A stretch of DNA of 64,000 bases from an uncultured Actinomycetes bacterium (GCA_963825635.1 CAWGTU010000001.1:1086259-1150258); one strand, 5' to 3'. Shown: positions 38,041-48,892, counted from the stretch's first letter. Notes: generated by a model not told the origin, from the sequence alone. A program made the numbers and translations.

Positions 38041-39390
38041 ATGTTCGACACGCTCACCGATCGACTCGACGGCACCTTCAAGAAGCTCAGATCTCGGGGC
38101 AAGCTCCACCCGAAGCAGGTCGACAACGCCCTGGCCGATATGCGGACGGCGCTGCTCGAAGCCGACGTCGCCGTCGAGGTGGCCGATGACTTCCTCGAGC
38201 GCGTGCGAGCGCGAGCCCTCTCCGAGGAGGTGATGAAGAGCCTCACGCCGGGCCAGCAGGTGGTGAAGGTCGTGAACGAGGAGCTCACCGTCACCCTCGG
38301 AGGCGAGCACCATCCCTTCGAGCTCGGCGGGGCCCGCCCCGCCGTGGTCATCATGGCCGGCGTGCAGGGCTCCGGGAAGACGACCGCCTGCGCGAAGCTC
38401 GCGACGCACCTGAAGGGCAAGGGGAAGCGCCCGCTGTTGATCGCGGCAGACCTCGAGCGCCCCGCCGCCATCGAGCAGCTGCGCACGCTCGGCCGGGAGA
38501 TCGGCGTGCCGGTGTGGTCGGAGGGCAAGGATCCCGTGAAGGTGGCCAAGCAGGGCCTGAAGGAGGCCGAACGCCAGGACGCCGATGTCGTGATCATCGA
38601 CACCGCGGGCCGACTCCACGTCGACCCCGAGATGATGAGGCAGGCCCGCAAGATCAGAGATGTCACGAGGCCCCGGCACGTGCTGATGGCCGCCGACGCG
38701 ATGACCGGTCAGGACGCGGTGCTGCAGGCGCGCGAGTTCATGCGGGAGGTCGAGACCACCGGCTTCGTGCTCACGAAGCTCGACGGCGACGCACGCGGCG
38801 GCGCGGCGCTGTCGATCACGGCGGTCACCGGCCGGCCCGTGTACTTCGTGGGCACGGGTGAGAAACCCGACGACCTGGAGCCCTTCTACCCCGACCGCAT
38901 GGCGGGTCGCATCCTCGGCATGGGCGACGTGCTGACCCTGATCGATAAGGCGCAGGAGAAGCTCGACACGGCCGAGGCGCAGAAGTCGGCCGAGAACATG
39001 CTGAAGGGGCAGTTCACGTTCGAGGACTTCCTCGATCAGTTGCGGCAGGTGCAGAAGCTCGGCTCGATGGGCGACCTGCTCAAGATGCTTCCGGGCGTGC
39101 CGGGCGGCAAGAACGCGATGAAGGAGATGGCGAACGCGATCGACGAGGGGGAGCTGAAGCGTGCCGAGGCGATGATCCTGTCGATGACCCCTGCCGAGCG
39201 GCGCGAACCCGGTATCATCTCCGGGTCGCGCCGCCTGCGGATCGCGAACGGGTCCGGGGTCACGACCGCCGACGTCAACTCGCTGCTCAAGGACTTCGAG
39301 GGCGCGAGGAAGATGATGCGCACGATGATGGGCGGAAAGCGCGTCCCGGGCATGATGAAGGTGCCTTCGGCGAAACTGCCGAAGCGATAG
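38041..39390 (+). CDS. ffh: Signal recognition particle protein
   Basis: LLEADV, GVQGSGKTT, DTAGR, TKLDGDARGG, M-domain SRRLRIANGSG. Confidence 0.97.
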   Translation: MFDTLTDRLDGTFKKLRSRGKLHPKQVDNALADMRTALLEADVAVEVADDFLERVRARALSEEVMKSLTPGQQVVKVVNEELTVTLGGEHHPFELGGARPAVVIMAGVQGSGKTTACAKLATHLKGKGKRPLLIAADLERPAAIEQLRTLGREIGVPVWSEGKDPVKVAKQGLKEAERQDADVVIIDTAGRLHVDPEMMRQARKIRDVTRPRHVLMAADAMTGQDAVLQAREFMREVETTGFVLTKLDGDARGGAALSITAVTGRPVYFVGTGEKPDDLEPFYPDRMAGRILGMGDVLTLIDKAQEKLDTAEAQKSAENMLKGQFTFEDFLDQLRQVQKLGSMGDLLKMLPGVPGGKNAMKEMANAIDEGELKRAEAMILSMTPAERREPGIISGSRRLRIANGSGVTTADVNSLLKDFEGARKMMRTMMGGKRVPGMMKVPSAKLPKR

Positions 39391-39414
39391 ACGAACGAGG
39401 ACTGGGAACGAGAT

Positions 39415-39903
39415 ATGGCGACACGCATCCGACTGCGGCGCATGGGAGCCAACAAGCGCCCCTTCTATCGCGTCGTGGTGGCCGACCAGCGCTCCCCGCG
39501 CGACGGCCGGTTCATCGAGAACATCGGCAAGTACCACCCGCTCGAGGACCCGAGCCTGATCGAGATCGACGCCGACCGCGCCCTGCACTGGCTGCGGGTC
39601 GGCGCGCAACCGAGCGACCAGGTCCGCAACCTCATGGTGAAGGTGGGCATCTGGGACACGTTCGTGGCCGAGCGCCCGAGCGCCGCCGGTCAGGTCCGGG
39701 TACGCGACGCGAAGCCCGACGAGCCCAAGCTCTCGAAGAAGGCCGTCGCGAAGGCCGCGGCCGCAGCGGAGGAGGCAGCGGCTCCGCCCCCGGCCGTCGA
39801 GGAGGCGGCAGCTCCTGCCGCCGACGCGGACCTGTCAACCGAGGCCGAAGCGCCGGCCGAGGATGCTCCGGCCGCCGACGCCGAAGCGTCCACCGAGGAG
39901 TAG
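39415..39903 (+). CDS. rpsP: 30S ribosomal protein S16 with Ala/Glu-rich tail
   Basis: [31 protein letters not shown]. Confidence 0.97.
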   Translation: MATRIRLRRMGANKRPFYRVVVADQRSPRDGRFIENIGKYHPLEDPSLIEIDADRALHWLRVGAQPSDQVRNLMVKVGIWDTFVAERPSAAGQVRVRDAKPDEPKLSKKAVAKAAAAAEEAAAPPPAVEEAAAPAADADLSTEAEAPAEDAPAADAEASTEE

Positions 39904-39912
39904 CGCCGGGTC

Positions 39913-40143
39913 GTGCGGGACCTCGTCGACTTCCTGGTGCGCGAGCTCGTCGACGAGCCCGATGACGTCGAGGTGACGGAGTCCGAGGACGACCGCGGCC
40001 CGCGTTACACCGTGCGCGTGGCGCCCGACGACATGGGCAAGGTCATCGGCAAGGGCGGTCGCACCGCGAAGGCGATCCGTGCGGTCGTCCGTGCGGCCGC
40101 GACACGGCAGGGCACGAGCGCCTACGTCGACATCGCCGACTGA
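39913..40143 (+). CDS. khpA: KH-domain RNA-binding protein
   Basis: DMGKVIGKGGRTAKAIR; follows rpsP. Confidence 0.93.
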   Translation: MRDLVDFLVRELVDEPDDVEVTESEDDRGPRYTVRVAPDDMGKVIGKGGRTAKAIRAVVRAAATRQGTSAYVDIAD

Positions 40144-40144
40144 G

Positions 40145-40657
40145 GTGCCCGAGCCGACCATCGCCGTCGGACACGTCACGAAGGCCCACGGCATCCGGGG
40201 TGAGGTCGCCGTCGAGGTCCGCTCCGACAACCCCGATCGATTCGTGCAAGGGGCGGCGCTGTTCACCGACGACGGCCGTGCACTCACGATCGAGCGAGCG
40301 CACGCACACGGCGCGCGGATGCTGGTGAAGTTCTCGGGGGTCGACGACCGAACCGCCGGGGAAGCCCTGCGAGGTCACGTGCTCGTCGTCCCGGAGTCCT
40401 GGCTCCCGGAACTGCCCGAAGGGGAGTACTGGCCGTTCCAGCTCGAAGGATGCACGGTCGTCACCGAGTCCGGGCGGGCGCTCGGCGCGGTCTCCGAGGT
40501 CATCCCCAACCCGGCGAACGATCTCTGGGTCGCGGTCGGCGCGGACGGGGAGGAGACCCTCGTGCCCGCGATCCGCGACGTGATCGTGGCCGTCGACATC
40601 GCCGCGAAGCGGATCGTGGTGCACGACGTGCCGGGACTCACCACTCCCGAGGAGTGA
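40145..40657 (+). CDS. rimM: Ribosome maturation factor RimM
   Basis: [23 protein letters not shown]; synteny. Confidence 0.92.
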   Translation: MPEPTIAVGHVTKAHGIRGEVAVEVRSDNPDRFVQGAALFTDDGRALTIERAHAHGARMLVKFSGVDDRTAGEALRGHVLVVPESWLPELPEGEYWPFQLEGCTVVTESGRALGAVSEVIPNPANDLWVAVGADGEETLVPAIRDVIVAVDIAAKRIVVHDVPGLTTPEE

Positions 40658-40690
40658 ACCTCCCCGGCCGGGGCGCGGTAGCCTCCGCTC

Positions 40691-41374
40691 GTGCGCATCG
40701 ACGTCATCACGATCTTCCCCGAGCTGGTGCGCGCGCCGCTCGGCCAGAGCCTGCTCGGCAAGGCGATCGAGGCGGGCGTGCTCGACGTCCGGGTGCACGA
40801 CCTGCGCGATTGGACCGACGACCCGCATCGCACGGTCGACGATGCGCCGTTCGGCGGTGGACCCGGCATGGTGATGAGGCCCGACGTCTGGTTCCGTGCC
40901 GTCGAGTCACTCGACCCCGAGCGCGGTCGCGTGGTCCTGCTCTCGCCTGCAGGGCGCCGGCTCGACCAGGAGCTCGTCCGGGAACTGGCGGCCGAGAACC
41001 ACCTCACGCTGCTGTGCGGGCGCTACGAGGGCGTGGACGAGCGCGTCGTCGAAGGCCTTCCTGCCGAGGAGGTCTCGATCGGGGACTACGTGCTCTCGGG
41101 AGGGGAATTGCCCGCGCTCGTCGTGATCGAGGCGGTGACGCGCCTCGTGCCCGGCGTGATCGGCCGGCGAGAGTCGCACGAGCAAGACTCGTTCGCCGAT
41201 CCCGAGCTGCTCGATCACCCTCACTACACCAGGCCGAGGGAGTACCGCGGCATGTCCGTGCCCGACGTGCTCGTGGGAGGCGACCACGGGGAGATCGAGC
41301 GGTGGCGTCGTCGGGCGGCAGAGGCGAAGACACGCCGGACACGGCCCGATCTGGCCGGAGGCCGCGGCCCCTGA
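40691..41374 (+). CDS. trmD: tRNA (guanine37-N1)-methyltransferase
   Basis: [37 protein letters not shown]. Confidence 0.97.
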   Translation: MRIDVITIFPELVRAPLGQSLLGKAIEAGVLDVRVHDLRDWTDDPHRTVDDAPFGGGPGMVMRPDVWFRAVESLDPERGRVVLLSPAGRRLDQELVRELAAENHLTLLCGRYEGVDERVVEGLPAEEVSIGDYVLSGGELPALVVIEAVTRLVPGVIGRRESHEQDSFADPELLDHPHYTRPREYRGMSVPDVLVGGDHGEIERWRRRAAEAKTRRTRPDLAGGRGP

Positions 41375-41454
41375 CCAGTGGGTCGTCGCCCCACGTCCCA
41401 CGTGGGTTCGGGCGGGTCGCGGCAAGGCCGCTGGTACACTCGTCGGCCGTTGCC

Positions 41455-42033
41455 ATGAACAAGACCGATCTGATCGAGCAGTCCTATCTGCGCAGCGACA
41501 TCCCGGAGTTCCGCCCCGGCGACACCGTGAAGGTGCACGTGCGGGTGGTCGAAGGCAGTCGCGAGCGCGTGCAGGTGTTCCAGGGTGTGGTGATAGGACG
41601 CCAGAACGGTGGGCTGCGTGAGACGTTCACCGTGCGCAAGATCTCGTTCGGCGTGGGCGTGGAGCGCACCTTCCCGGTGCACTCGCCGTCGATCGCGAAG
41701 CTCGAGATCGTGAGCCGCGGACACGTGCGACGGGCGAAGCTCTACTACCTGCGTGAGCTGCGGGGCAAGAAGGCCCGGATCAAGGAGCGTCGCGTCGACG
41801 ACGCGAAGCTCGCCGCGATGGAAGAGGCCGCGGCGCTCGCGGCGACCGAGGCAGCCGAGGCTGAAGCCGGGGAAGCCGACGAGGCGGCCGACGATGTCGA
41901 GGGACGCGTGAGCGAGGAGCCGGAGGCGTCCGTCGAGGGATCAGAGGCCGACGAGACATCCGACGAGCCCGGAGCGCCTGAGGCCAGTGTCGACGAGGCG
42001 GAGTCCGCCGACGAGGAGAAGGCCGAGGCCTGA
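41455..42033 (+). CDS. rplS: 50S ribosomal protein L19 with acidic tail
   Basis: [36 protein letters not shown]. Confidence 0.96.
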   Translation: MNKTDLIEQSYLRSDIPEFRPGDTVKVHVRVVEGSRERVQVFQGVVIGRQNGGLRETFTVRKISFGVGVERTFPVHSPSIAKLEIVSRGHVRRAKLYYLRELRGKKARIKERRVDDAKLAAMEEAAALAATEAAEAEAGEADEAADDVEGRVSEEPEASVEGSEADETSDEPGAPEASVDEAESADEEKAEA

Positions 42034-42036
42034 TCC

Positions 42037-42693
42037 GTGGCCGATGGGCCGACCGGCGTCGCCGAGCCCACCGCCTCACCGCCCGAAGCGCGCGGGCACA
42101 GCCGTTGGCGCGAGCTCCCGGTGCTCATCGGCGCCGCGGTCCTGCTCGCGATCGCGATCAAGCTCCTCGTCGTGCAGGCGTTCTCGATCCCGTCCGCGTC
42201 GATGGCGCCGACCCTGCTCGAGGGTGACCGGATCCTCGTCTGCCGCGTCTGCGTGCGGTTCGACGACGTCGATCGCGGTGACGTGATCGTCTTCGAGGGG
42301 CCCGACGACGCGACACCCGTGCGCGGGCCCGTCGGGGGCATACTGCACTGGCTTGGGGAGACCCTCGGTGTCGCGAGCCCGCCGCACGATGACTTCGTGA
42401 AGCGGGTGGCGGGTCTTCCAGGGGACACGGTCGAGATCGACCGCACCGGAGCACTCTTCGTGAACGGGCGGCCCGTCGAGGAGTCGTACCTGAACCGGCC
42501 GGTGCCTCGGCAGGACTTCCCCCCCACGACGGTGCCGGATGGCATGCTGTTCGTCCTGGGCGACAATCGGGGGAACTCGGGTGACTCCCGATGCGACCCA
42601 CCGGCGTGCACCGGCCTCGTTCCGGTGGAGAGGGTGATCGGGGTGGCGTTCCTGCGGGTCTGGCCACCGGCCAGGATCGGAGTGGTGCGGTGA
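42037..42693 (+). CDS. lepB: Signal peptidase I
   Basis: IPSASMAPTL (Ser), FVKRV (Lys), GDNRGNSGDSR. Confidence 0.93.
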   Translation: MADGPTGVAEPTASPPEARGHSRWRELPVLIGAAVLLAIAIKLLVVQAFSIPSASMAPTLLEGDRILVCRVCVRFDDVDRGDVIVFEGPDDATPVRGPVGGILHWLGETLGVASPPHDDFVKRVAGLPGDTVEIDRTGALFVNGRPVEESYLNRPVPRQDFPPTTVPDGMLFVLGDNRGNSGDSRCDPPACTGLVPVERVIGVAFLRVWPPARIGVVR

Positions 42694-42695
42694 CG

Positions 42696-43349
42696 ATGGA
42701 TCGGTACGAGCGGATGCTCGCTGCCCAGGGGTTCACGCGGGTGGCGGGCGCCGACGAAGCTGGCCGGGGTGCGCTGGCGGGACCCCTCGTCGCTGCGGCC
42801 GTGATCCTCCCCGATGACTTCGACATCGAGGGCATCAACGATTCGAAGGTGTTGAGTGAGGCGCAGCGCGACGCCGCGTACGGGCGCATCGTGGTCGCGG
42901 CCGCATGGATCGCGTGCAAGGCCGAGCCGGCGGCGATCGACGCGCGCGGCCTGCACCGAACCAACATCTTCCTGCTCCGTCGCGCCGCGAAGGCGCTCGA
43001 GCCCGACTACGTGCTCACCGACGGGTTCCCGGTGCCGCGCATCCCCTGCCCGTCGATCGGGGTCAAGAAGGGTGACGCGGTCAGCGCCAGCGTCGCGGCC
43101 GCGTCGATCGTCGCTAAGGTGACGAGGGATCGCATCATGCGGCGGCTGCACAAGCGATACCCCGACTTCGGGTTCGACCACAACAAGGGCTACGGCACGC
43201 CCGATCACCTCGAGGCACTGGAACGCCACGGCCCGACCCCCCAGCATCGACTGTCGTTCGCGCCGTGCGCCCAGCCGTCGCTGTTCTCGGGGGCCGCCGG
43301 CGCAGGGCTCAGCGACGGTGGGCGGGATGGGGCTCACGCCCGAGCGTGA
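42696..43349 (+). CDS. rnhB: Ribonuclease HII
   Basis: GADEAGRG, DSK, TDG, KGD, AAASIVAKVTRD, NKGYGT, HRLSF. Confidence 0.95.
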   Translation: MDRYERMLAAQGFTRVAGADEAGRGALAGPLVAAAVILPDDFDIEGINDSKVLSEAQRDAAYGRIVVAAAWIACKAEPAAIDARGLHRTNIFLLRRAAKALEPDYVLTDGFPVPRIPCPSIGVKKGDAVSASVAAASIVAKVTRDRIMRRLHKRYPDFGFDHNKGYGTPDHLEALERHGPTPQHRLSFAPCAQPSLFSGAAGAGLSDGGRDGAHARA

Positions 43350-43360
43350 GAAGCTGAACG

Positions 43361-43681
43361 ATGATGAGCGACGACGACATCGAGCGGTTCGAAGAGGAGC
43401 GCGAGCTCGAGCTCTATCGGGAGTACCGCGACGTCCTCCCGATGTTCACGTACGTGATCGAGACGGAACGCCGCTTCTACCTCGCGAACCAGGTGCACCT
43501 CACGACCCTCGACGAGGGTTGGGTGCAGATCGATCTCACCGACGCGTGGGTGTGGGACATGTTCCGGCCGGCCCGGTTCGTGGCGAGCGTCCGGGTGATG
43601 ACCCGGCGCGACGTCAACGTCGAGGAGCTCGCGAAGCGCGACGAGCCGACGACGATCCCAGACACCCCCACCGCACCGTAG
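43361..43681 (+). CDS. DUF2469 family protein
   Basis: ELYREYRD, ETERRFYLAN, DAWVWDMFRPARF. Confidence 0.92.
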   Translation: MMSDDDIERFEEERELELYREYRDVLPMFTYVIETERRFYLANQVHLTTLDEGWVQIDLTDAWVWDMFRPARFVASVRVMTRRDVNVEELAKRDEPTTIPDTPTAP

Positions 43682-43747
43682 CCCTCGATCCGCGGACCCC
43701 TTCGGGGTCGTGGCCGCCGTGTCATACCTTCGGCGTAGCGTCGTCGC

Positions 43748-44119
43748 ATGTCCGACCTGCGTTCGAGCCTCGGCGCACGCGGCGAGCGGGTCACGCTCGA
43801 TCTCTACCGGCAGCGCGGGTTCACGCTCGTCGCCGCCAACTGGCGATGCAGTCTCGGCGAGATCGACCTCATCCTGCGTCGTCGCGACGTCCTCGTGTTC
43901 TGCGAGGTGAAGACGCGCCGCGGCTCTCGGCGGGGTGCCGGGTTCGAGGCCGTCGACTCGCGGAAGCAGCGCAAGGTGCGGGCGCTCGCCGAGGTCTTCC
44001 TCCTGACCCACAGCGTGGGGCCGGTGTCGGTGCGGTTCGACGTCGCGAGCGTGGCGATCGGTCGGGGACAGATCCCCGGGGGGTCGCCGCAGGTCGAGCT
44101 CTTCGAAGACGCCTTCTGA
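43748..44119 (+). CDS. yraN: YraN (UPF0102) family nuclease-like protein
   Basis: LGARGE, NWRC, GEIDLI, FCEVKTR, RFDV. Confidence 0.92.
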   Translation: MSDLRSSLGARGERVTLDLYRQRGFTLVAANWRCSLGEIDLILRRRDVLVFCEVKTRRGSRRGAGFEAVDSRKQRKVRALAEVFLLTHSVGPVSVRFDVASVAIGRGQIPGGSPQVELFEDAF

Positions 44120-44260
44120 GGCATCTCTCGGGGCACGTCGAGGACCCGCTCGTCGCCGAGCGGGCTCGCGGACTAGACCGAAGGTCTGGTCCCCCCGATC
44201 CGTCGCCGAGGCTGTTCGGCCGTGGCGCGCCCGGGGCGGCCGCCGTACCATCGCCGGACC

Positions 44261-44440
44261 ATGAAGACCAGGCCTCACACGGAGGAGCCCAAGCCGCGGC
44301 GGCGACCGTGGGACAACGCGGGCCTGCGCCACCGGGTGGAGGGCCGACGGATCGAGGGCGTCGACGTCCTCGCCCTCCAATCGTCGGTCGTCGACCGGAC
44401 GCCGGAATCATCTCGTCGGTGGCTGCGTCGATCTCGCTGA
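44261..44440 (+). CDS. Possible small basic hypothetical protein (59 aa)
   Basis: ATG preceded by TACCAT -10-like hexamer; fills gap; no recognisable motif. Confidence 0.4.
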   Translation: MKTRPHTEEPKPRRRPWDNAGLRHRVEGRRIEGVDVLALQSSVVDRTPESSRRWLRRSR

Positions 44441-44461
44441 ACCCCGACCGCACACGGGCTC

Positions 44462-45997
44462 CTACGCGAGGTCCATCGCCTGACGGACGTCGGACGAGAG
44501 ACGGCGCAGCGCGTCCAGCATGCGATCGACGTCGGCCTCGGTCGACAGGTAGTTCACGATGCCCGCGCGCAGGAACGTGCGCCCACGCAGCGTCGTCACG
44601 CTCACCCACGCGTCACCGCTGACCTCCAGTGCCCGCTGGAGCCGGGCCTGGTAGTCGTCCAGCACCCCGGGCGGCCAGTCACCGTGACCGGACGGCAGGT
44701 GCCGGAAGCACACGACGCTCAGCTCCGGCTCGGCCGGCTCGGCCTCGAAGTCGGGTTCCTGCCGGCACCGGCCCGCCAGGTATGCCGCGAGGTCGTCGTT
44801 CTGCTCGATCAACGAGCCGAGCCCGTCGGTGCCCAGCTGCTTCCAGCTCATCCAGAGCTTCAGCCCGCGGAACCGACGCGTGCCCTCGAGGGAGTACTGG
44901 TACCAATTGAGAGGCTCGTCCTCGGGGCGGTTCGACGCGTAGTACTCGGGCGCCTCGTGGAACGTGCTCAGGAGATCGTCGCGCCGGCGTACCACGAGGG
45001 CCCCGATGTCGTACGCCTGGAAGAACCACTTGTGGGGATCGATCGTGACCGTGTCGGCTCGCTCGAGTCCCGGCACCCGACGGGCATCTCGACGTGAGAG
45101 CCGGGCGGCTCCGCCGTACGCGGCGTCGACGTGCAACCAGACGCCCTCGCGCTCGGCGACGTCGGCGAGCCCGCGTGTGTCGTCGACCGATCCGGTGTTC
45201 GTCGAGCCCGCGACCGCCGCGATCGCGAGCGGCGTCAGTCCGGCGGCTCGATCGCGCTCGATCGCCTCGGCCACGGGTGCCGCCTGCATGCGGAACCGCG
45301 CGTCGCTCTCGACCACGACGAGCGTCTCGTCGGGGAAGCCGAGCACGCCCAGCGCCCGAGCGATCGAGAAGTGGGTCTGATCGCTCGCGTAGACCCGCAC
45401 CCCGTCGAGATCGGCGCCCCGCGGAGCCCCGGCGGCTCCACGGAGCTTCGCCAGCCAGACGTCGCGCGCGACCGTCATCGCCATGACGTTGGCCATGACG
45501 CCGCCGCTCGTCAGCACCCCCCAGCCATCCGGCCCGAAGCCGACCAGCTCCCGGAGCCAGTCGGTGACCTCTTCCTCGACGAAGGTACCGATCGGACCGG
45601 CGTGCCAGACATCGACGCCCTGGTGGATCCATTGCGAGAGCATCTCGCCGGCGATCGAGCTCGGCAGCGGCGGAGGCGTGAAGTAGCTGAACGAGCCGGG
45701 GTGCTGAGCGTTGTATGTGGCCGGCGCCACGCGCTCGCGGAACTCGGCGAGCACGTCGCTCCACGGGCTGGGCGACATCGGGGCCGGTGCAGCGTGGTTC
45801 GTGGGTCCGAAGAAGTCACGCCGCGCTGCGGGGTAGGAGCGTGAGTGCATCGGTCGGCGCAGCGCCTCGCCGTAGAGCCAATCGAGGGCCTCGCGCCAGG
45901 TCTGCTCCCCGAGGGCCTCGAGGGCCGCGCGGGCGCGCGGCTCGTCGACGATGTCGATCAGCTCGGGCTCCGGGCTCCATGCGAAGCGCTCGGACAC
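44462..45997 (-). CDS. Group II PLP-dependent amino-acid decarboxylase
   Basis: SGGVMAN, THFSI, GSTNTGSVD, HVDAAYGG, DPHKW. Confidence 0.9.
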   Translation of the reverse strand: MSERFAWSPEPELIDIVDEPRARAALEALGEQTWREALDWLYGEALRRPMHSRSYPAARRDFFGPTNHAAPAPMSPSPWSDVLAEFRERVAPATYNAQHPGSFSYFTPPPLPSSIAGEMLSQWIHQGVDVWHAGPIGTFVEEEVTDWLRELVGFGPDGWGVLTSGGVMANVMAMTVARDVWLAKLRGAAGAPRGADLDGVRVYASDQTHFSIARALGVLGFPDETLVVVESDARFRMQAAPVAEAIERDRAAGLTPLAIAAVAGSTNTGSVDDTRGLADVAEREGVWLHVDAAYGGAARLSRRDARRVPGLERADTVTIDPHKWFFQAYDIGALVVRRRDDLLSTFHEAPEYYASNRPEDEPLNWYQYSLEGTRRFRGLKLWMSWKQLGTDGLGSLIEQNDDLAAYLAGRCRQEPDFEAEPAEPELSVVCFRHLPSGHGDWPPGVLDDYQARLQRALEVSGDAWVSVTTLRGRTFLRAGIVNYLSTEADVDRMLDALRRLSSDVRQAMDLA

Positions 45998-46088
45998 GAT
46001 GGCGAGGCTAGCAGGGACTCCGGCGACGTGGGCTGGACGTGACGCACGTCACCGACGCCCGAGGCGACTCGCCCTAGCGTGCGATCGC

Positions 46089-47624
46089 ATGTACGGACGG
46101 GTGCTCGGGGTGACGGTGCTCGGGGTCGGGGGACACCTCGTGACCGTCGAGGCCCACGTGGGTCGAGGGCTCCCCTCCCTCACGCTCACGGGGCTGCCGG
46201 GGGCAGCCGTGCGCGACGCGTGCGAGCGCATCCGTCCGGCTGTCGAGAGTCAAGGGCTCGAGTGGCCACTGCGACGCGTGGTCGTGAATCTCGCGCCCGG
46301 CACCCTGCGCAAGGAGGGTCCGGGGCTCGACCTCCCCGTCGCGGCGGGCATCCTGGCAGCCACCGCTCAGATCCCTGCCACGGCGCTCGGGCGATACGCG
46401 TTGGCCGGCGAACTCTCGCTGAAGGGCGAGCTGATGCCGACCCCAGGGGTCCTGTCGGTCGCGATCGCAGCGGCACGCGCGGGGCTCGAGGGGGTGATCG
46501 TGCCTCGCGTGAACGCGCTCGAGGCCACCCAGGTCGACCGGCTTCGCGTCGTGCAGGCGGCGACGCTCACCGATGTGGTGGGGTTCCTCAGGGGAACGTG
46601 GCAGCCGCCGGTGATCGACGAAGGGGTGCTCGAGGCTCCCGGGTCGGCTGAGGTCGACTTCGGCGACGTTCGAGGGCAGACACAGGCGCGCCGCGCCCTC
46701 GAGGTCGCCGCGGCCGGAGGCCACAACGTGCTGATGGTCGGCTCGCCAGGGGCTGGCAAGACGATGCTGGCGCGACGCATGACGACGATCCTGCCGAGCC
46801 TCGCCCGCGACGAATCGCTCGAGGCGACGCAGCTGCACTCGGTGGCGGGACTGCTTGCAGGGCGGGGGGTACTGCGGTCTCGCCCGTTCCGGGCACCCCA
46901 CCATTCGATCTCGATGACCGGCTTGCTCGGAGGGGGTTCGTCGTACCTGCGACCCGGAGAGGCGTCGCTCGCGCACCATGGTGTTCTGTTCCTCGACGAG
47001 CTCACGGAGTTCCGTCGCGATGCGATCGAGGGGCTGCGCCAGCCCCTGGAGGACGGCCGCGTCGTCATCACCCGGGCGGTGGGGTCGGTCGAGTTCCCCG
47101 CGAGGTTCACACTGGTCGCCGCAGCGAACCCCTGCCCGTGCGGCTTCGAGGGTGACCAGCGGCGTCACTGCCGATGCCGGTCCGACCGTGTCGACCAGTA
47201 CCGGCAGAAGCTCTCCGGCCCGCTCCTCGACCGCATCGACCTGCGATTGCGTGTGCCACGGCTCACGAAGCACGAGCTCATGGGGAGCGACCCGGGGGAG
47301 CCCTCGGCTTCGATCCGAGGCCGGGTCCAGGCCGCCCGCGACCGTCAGCGGGCGCGGTGGGCAGATCTTTCCGTCGCGTGCAACGCGCATCTACCCGGCC
47401 CCGTCGCTCGACGCCGGGTGCGGCTCACCGCAGAGGCCGAGTCCACGCTCGGTGCCGCGGTCGACCAGCTGTGCCTCACCGGGCGCGGGTTCGACCGCGC
47501 GATCAAGGTCGCGCGCACGATCGCCGACCTCGACGCCGCAGACATCGTGCAGACGGAGCACATCGCCGAGGCTCTCTCCTACCGTGACGGTGTCGTCCAT
47601 GAGGGCCTGGCCCGTGCTGGCTGA
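46089..47624 (+). CDS. comM: ComM/YifB Mg-chelatase-like AAA+ ATPase
   Basis: VNLAP, DLP, GSPGAGKTMLA, RAPHHS, PGEASLAHHGVLFLDE, NPCPCG, SGPLLDRID. Confidence 0.93.
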   Translation: MYGRVLGVTVLGVGGHLVTVEAHVGRGLPSLTLTGLPGAAVRDACERIRPAVESQGLEWPLRRVVVNLAPGTLRKEGPGLDLPVAAGILAATAQIPATALGRYALAGELSLKGELMPTPGVLSVAIAAARAGLEGVIVPRVNALEATQVDRLRVVQAATLTDVVGFLRGTWQPPVIDEGVLEAPGSAEVDFGDVRGQTQARRALEVAAAGGHNVLMVGSPGAGKTMLARRMTTILPSLARDESLEATQLHSVAGLLAGRGVLRSRPFRAPHHSISMTGLLGGGSSYLRPGEASLAHHGVLFLDELTEFRRDAIEGLRQPLEDGRVVITRAVGSVEFPARFTLVAAANPCPCGFEGDQRRHCRCRSDRVDQYRQKLSGPLLDRIDLRLRVPRLTKHELMGSDPGEPSASIRGRVQAARDRQRARWADLSVACNAHLPGPVARRRVRLTAEAESTLGAAVDQLCLTGRGFDRAIKVARTIADLDAADIVQTEHIAEALSYRDGVVHEGLARAG

Positions 47625-48780
47625 TGGGCGCCGGCCACGGCGCAGCGACGTGCCCAGGCGAGCGCTCGACGTGCCGCCGGGGTTCCCCGACGGCTACGCC
47701 GAAGGCTCCGGGGCACGCGCCGCCCTGCTGGTGCTCTCCGCGCTCCGGGGCATCAAGCCCTACCAGCTGCACGAGCTCGCGTGGGCGGAGGGCACGGCCG
47801 AGGCGAGCCTGGCAGCGATCCGTGCGGGGGCGGCCGGCAGCGAGGCGGATCAGGAGTGGGCGCGGCTGCTCGATCCTGCCGCGATCGAGCGTGAGGCAGG
47901 GCAGCACGCTGCACGATTCGTGACGCCGGTCGACGAAGAGTACCTGCCGCAGTTCCTCGAGCTTCTGCACGACCCGCCCGTGGCCGTCTTCGTGGCCGGC
48001 CGCTCGCTCACCGATCTGCCCGATCGGGTCGCGATCGTGGGAGCGCGCAACTGCTCGCCGTCGGGCAACGAGATCGCCATGCGCATCGCGGCGGGCCTCG
48101 GTGGGGTGGGGGCGTGCGTCGTGAGCGGGGCGGCCCGGGGCATCGACGCCGCCGCGCACCGCGGAGCTCTGCACGCGGCCGGTACCACCATCGCGGTCCT
48201 CGGTTCAGGGCACGACCTGCCCTATCCGAAAGGCAGCGCCGAACTGGTCGCGCGCGTCGCAGCGTCCGGTGCCGTCGTGAGCGAGTACGCGCCAGGGGTG
48301 GTGGCGGAGCCGTTCCGGTTCCCGGCACGCAACCGGCTCGTGGCCGCACTCGGTCGCGCTCTGGTCGTCGTGGAAGGAGCTCACGGCAGCGGCTCGATGA
48401 TCAGCGTCGATCACGCGCTCGACCTCGGCCGCGACATCTTCGCGGTGCCCGGACCGGTGACGAACCCCCTGGCCGAGGTGCCGCTCGCCCTGATCCGCGA
48501 AGGGGCCACCATGATCCGTGGGCCCGACGACCTGCTCGACGACCTCGGGTACGCGTTCCGGCTCTCGGTCGAGCCGCCCCCGTCCCTGCTCGACGACGAG
48601 CGGGCGGTCTACCAGGCCCTCGGAGGCTCGGGACTCGCCGACGCGATCTCGGCCGAGACCGGGTTGTCGCTTCCTGCCGTGACCACGATCCTGCTCACGC
48701 TCGAGCTGAAAGGCCTCGTGCGCACGGTCGGCGGGCGCTACGAACGCAGGCTCCCAGGGGGCACGAGCATCGTCCAGTGA
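47614..48780 (+). CDS. dprA: DNA-processing protein DprA
   Basis: AIVGAR, VSGAARGID, FPARNRLVA, VVEG, SGS, FAVPG; start uncertain (47599-47650). Confidence 0.92.
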   Translation: MLADGRRPRRSDVPRRALDVPPGFPDGYAEGSGARAALLVLSALRGIKPYQLHELAWAEGTAEASLAAIRAGAAGSEADQEWARLLDPAAIEREAGQHAARFVTPVDEEYLPQFLELLHDPPVAVFVAGRSLTDLPDRVAIVGARNCSPSGNEIAMRIAAGLGGVGACVVSGAARGIDAAAHRGALHAAGTTIAVLGSGHDLPYPKGSAELVARVAASGAVVSEYAPGVVAEPFRFPARNRLVAALGRALVVVEGAHGSGSMISVDHALDLGRDIFAVPGPVTNPLAEVPLALIREGATMIRGPDDLLDDLGYAFRLSVEPPPSLLDDERAVYQALGGSGLADAISAETGLSLPAVTTILLTLELKGLVRTVGGRYERRLPGGTSIVQ

Positions 48781-48892
48781 GCACCGAGCGCGTTCACCCG
48801 GGAAGCTTGCAGCCGCACCGTGCCGTTGGTAGACAAGGGCTGCCCGTGGCCCCGCCCGAGCCGACCGGGCCCTCCAGAGCCGAAAGGACGAT

